The position numbers and the translations under genes were made by a program. From the NCBI RefSeq assembly GCF_009914755.1, contig NC_060944.1: a DNA stretch of 64,000 nt; one strand, written 5' to 3'. Shown here one piece after another: positions 61,335-64,000 of this stretch (its first letter is position 1; every line of letters starts with the position of its first letter). Below the pieces are notes generated by a model that was not told the DNA's origin, searched no databases, and saw only the letters and a list, made by a program, of their open reading frames with translations. This stretch comes from the human T2T-CHM13v2.0 reference genome, Homo sapiens.

Positions 61335-61667
61335 GGCTGGGTGTCGTGGCTCACACCTGTAATCCCAGCACTTTGGGAGGAAGAGGCAGGTGGATCATGA
61401 GGTCCGGAGTTGGAGACCAGCCTGGCCTAAATGGCGAAACCCTGTCTGTACTAAAAATACAAAAATTAGCCGGGTGTGGTGGCGCATGCCTGTAGTCCCA
61501 GCTACTCAGGAGGCTGAGGCAGGAGAATCCCCTGAACCTGGGAGGCAGAGGTTGCAGTGAGCCAAGATTGCACGCTGTACTCCAGCCTGAGCGACAGCGT
61601 GAAACTGTGTCTCAAACAAAACAAAACAAAACAAAACAAAACCATAAAAAACCAAAAACAAAAAAAA
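61335..61667 (+). mobile_element. AluS-type SINE with (CAAAA)n tail
   Basis: Full dimer. Confidence 0.93.
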
Positions 61668-61949
61668 CCAACAAGGAGGCAGGACTCTTACTGTGCCCCA
61701 AGTTGTCTAGACCTTTTGGGTTTCCTCCAACCCTGAGATCCTGCCTCAGCTTGCTTGCTACGTGTCCTCAACATCTGTCACAAGTGTCCTAAGCTTCTGC
61801 CCTTTGAGTCACCCACAATTCCTAAATGTACCTTGCATCTTTGTATCTGTCTGCTTTTCCTGATGTGGTCCTTCCTAAGGAACAGAATATTCCACTTCTC
61901 TAGAGAAGAACAAATACCCCTTGGTTCTTCAAGATCTGGTTCATGGTAG

Positions 61950-62355
61950 ATTAGATTATTATTCAGCAAATATTCACTGTTTCTCACTACATATCCATGG
62001 AGGAATGTTCTTCCTTTCATCTTGACTTTGAGCTTCTCCATGTGACTTACTTTGGCCAATGGGATGTTAGTACACATGATGTGAGCAAAGGCTTAAAATG
62101 TGCTTGCATGTTGGGCTTAGTCTCTTGCATGCCTATTTTTTGCCATGATGACCAGGTAGCCACAGGTACAAGGAGGCCCCAAATGCATGGAACAGACTTG
62201 AGCCAAATACATGGCCTGGAGTGCAGCCTGTATAAGCCTAGACAAAGTCAGAGTCAATGCATAGCAAACCTCCAGTCACCTGGATGAGAAACTTACAAAT
62301 ATGTATTGTTCAACACTGAGGTTGCTGCAGTGTTTGTTATGCAGCAGTAGCTGCC
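61950..62355 (+). mobile_element. MLT1-family LTR
   Basis: CCATGTGACTTACTTTGGCCAATGGGATGTTAG...GTTTGTTATGCAGCAGTAGCT. Confidence 0.75.
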
Positions 62356-63604
62356 AGATGCATAGCTTTCAAGGTCTCTTGCCCTTTATTCTCTGAGTTC
62401 TCCCCCCCAAATCCCACCTATAGTACAACTGCTTAAAAGCTGTTATTATACTATATTATGATTATCTGATTGATGTGCTTGTATCCCACATTAGATTATG
62501 AACTTCCAAGTGGACGTAAATGTTCTGGGAGAACTTTGAGGAGCTAAAAAACACCTGCCTTGACACTTGTCTTACAGCTAAAAATTGTGATTATTGAGCA
62601 AGTTACACCAAGATCTGTGAGCATATATTGCAGCAAGTGAAAAACATAATGCTTGTTTTCATGTTGTCTTTGGGTAATAAAGAGGGGCCAGTCCATTCAA
62701 CCTATCTTAAATGAGGTAAAAGAATATGGGTGGGCACCATGGCCCACGAATTCTACCCTAGGAGAGGAGTAAAAGAGGCCCAGACACCTCCTTTCTTTGA
62801 AGCAGTGAAGTGTTCTAAAAATTACAGGACATCTGAAGCTGTTTAGATATTTTAAAAAAGGAGAAGTCTCAACCAACAGAGACTGAAGGCGGTGTAGGTG
62901 AGTGTTCAACGTTGCTTGGTACTGTCTGGGTAAAGAACAAATGGGTGGTGGAATGATCTTTGATCACATTCTGTCTCATAGTACTTAAAAACTTCCATTT
63001 TATTTTTGATTTTAAAAATACCAAATACTAAAATTGAGCCCATAAAAAGGACGGAGTCGCCCATGATTCTGGAAAGGCTCTAAATCGCCAAGGTGTGGTC
63101 CAAGGTCATTACTAGGCTTGGCACATGTGTTGATGAACAAATTGAGAGATACATTAATATTGAAGTTTGCAGAAAGGGGATTAGGTCCTTAAGAAACCAC
63201 TTGATCTGCAGAGATATTCAGAATGTGAATGTCTTCAGGGACCCTGGAAAAACACATGACCCCATTTTAAATCTGAAATTGTATGATCTCAAAGAAGTCC
63301 AGTTACATGTATGACATTGCTGTAAAAAGTGTTTTTCCAAATATACCTGCAATAAGTCTTAAAAATGTCTGTACCCTTTGACTTAACAATGCCATATCTA
63401 GGGAGTACAGCAGCCTGAAGGAATTAATCAGATATGTAGATAGAGATCTAAAGTAATGTTGATTACACGGTTATTTATAATAGCAGAAAACAGTGAACGT
63501 GTTAGTACAAACTATATTGAGAAACGTGAGTTTCTGTGGGCACTGCCAAATTTGCTGTGTCATCTGTCTTCAGAGACATAGACCAATTTAATTTAAAGAG
63601 GCCA

Positions 63605-63745
63605 GGACTGGGAGAAGGGATAGGCAGAGGGAAAGGAAGATGTGGTGAGAGACAGAGGAAGGAAGGGACAAGGAGGGAGGCAGGAATGGAGTCAGGGAGA
63701 GATGGAGAAAGAAACAAAAACAGAGACAGGGACAGAGACTGTTGA
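63605..63745. repeat. GA-rich low-complexity tract
   Basis: Direct reading. Confidence 0.75.
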
Positions 63746-64000
63746 GTGGTATGTGATGAATCAATGTCTGTGCAATAAAGATTCAAAAGGGAGAAAGAGT
63801 CAGAGACAAGAGTGGATTCAAAGGCAGGTCCCCCACTCCCTGTTTTCGTTAGAACTCACCGGCCCTGGAGCACCCACTGTTAGGACCCAGGCCACACGGA
63901 GGGGACAGCTAGCAGCAGGGCTGTGGAGTGGGAGGGCAGGCAGGAGCAGGGCTATCAGCACAGGCTGCTGAGTCACCAGTGGTCGGGGAGAAGGGAGGAA

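Overview
Primate (most likely human) genomic DNA; no prokaryotic features and no supportable protein-coding exon. A CpG island at ~11350-13000 holds a minus-strand Pol II promoter and a short non-coding first exon ending in a consensus AG|GTAAGT donor at 12137. From memory this matches exon 1 of CHD6 (20q12); it was not checked by a search. Bases 1-12136 would then be intron 1, and ~13000-64000 is repeat-rich upstream intergenic DNA (about 30 Alus, plus L1, L2, MIR, MaLR/ERV LTRs, hAT MERs and microsatellites). The least expected structure is a cluster of local rearrangements at 45.6-51.5 kb: a ~190 bp inverted duplicate split by an Alu, an apparently inverted L1M segment, and a 220 bp non-tandem direct duplicate, both duplicates ~95% identical. 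I found no convincing new biological system; the findings are testable structural and regulatory hypotheses. Repeat subfamily names come from recognition of consensus-like sequence and many boundaries are approximate.
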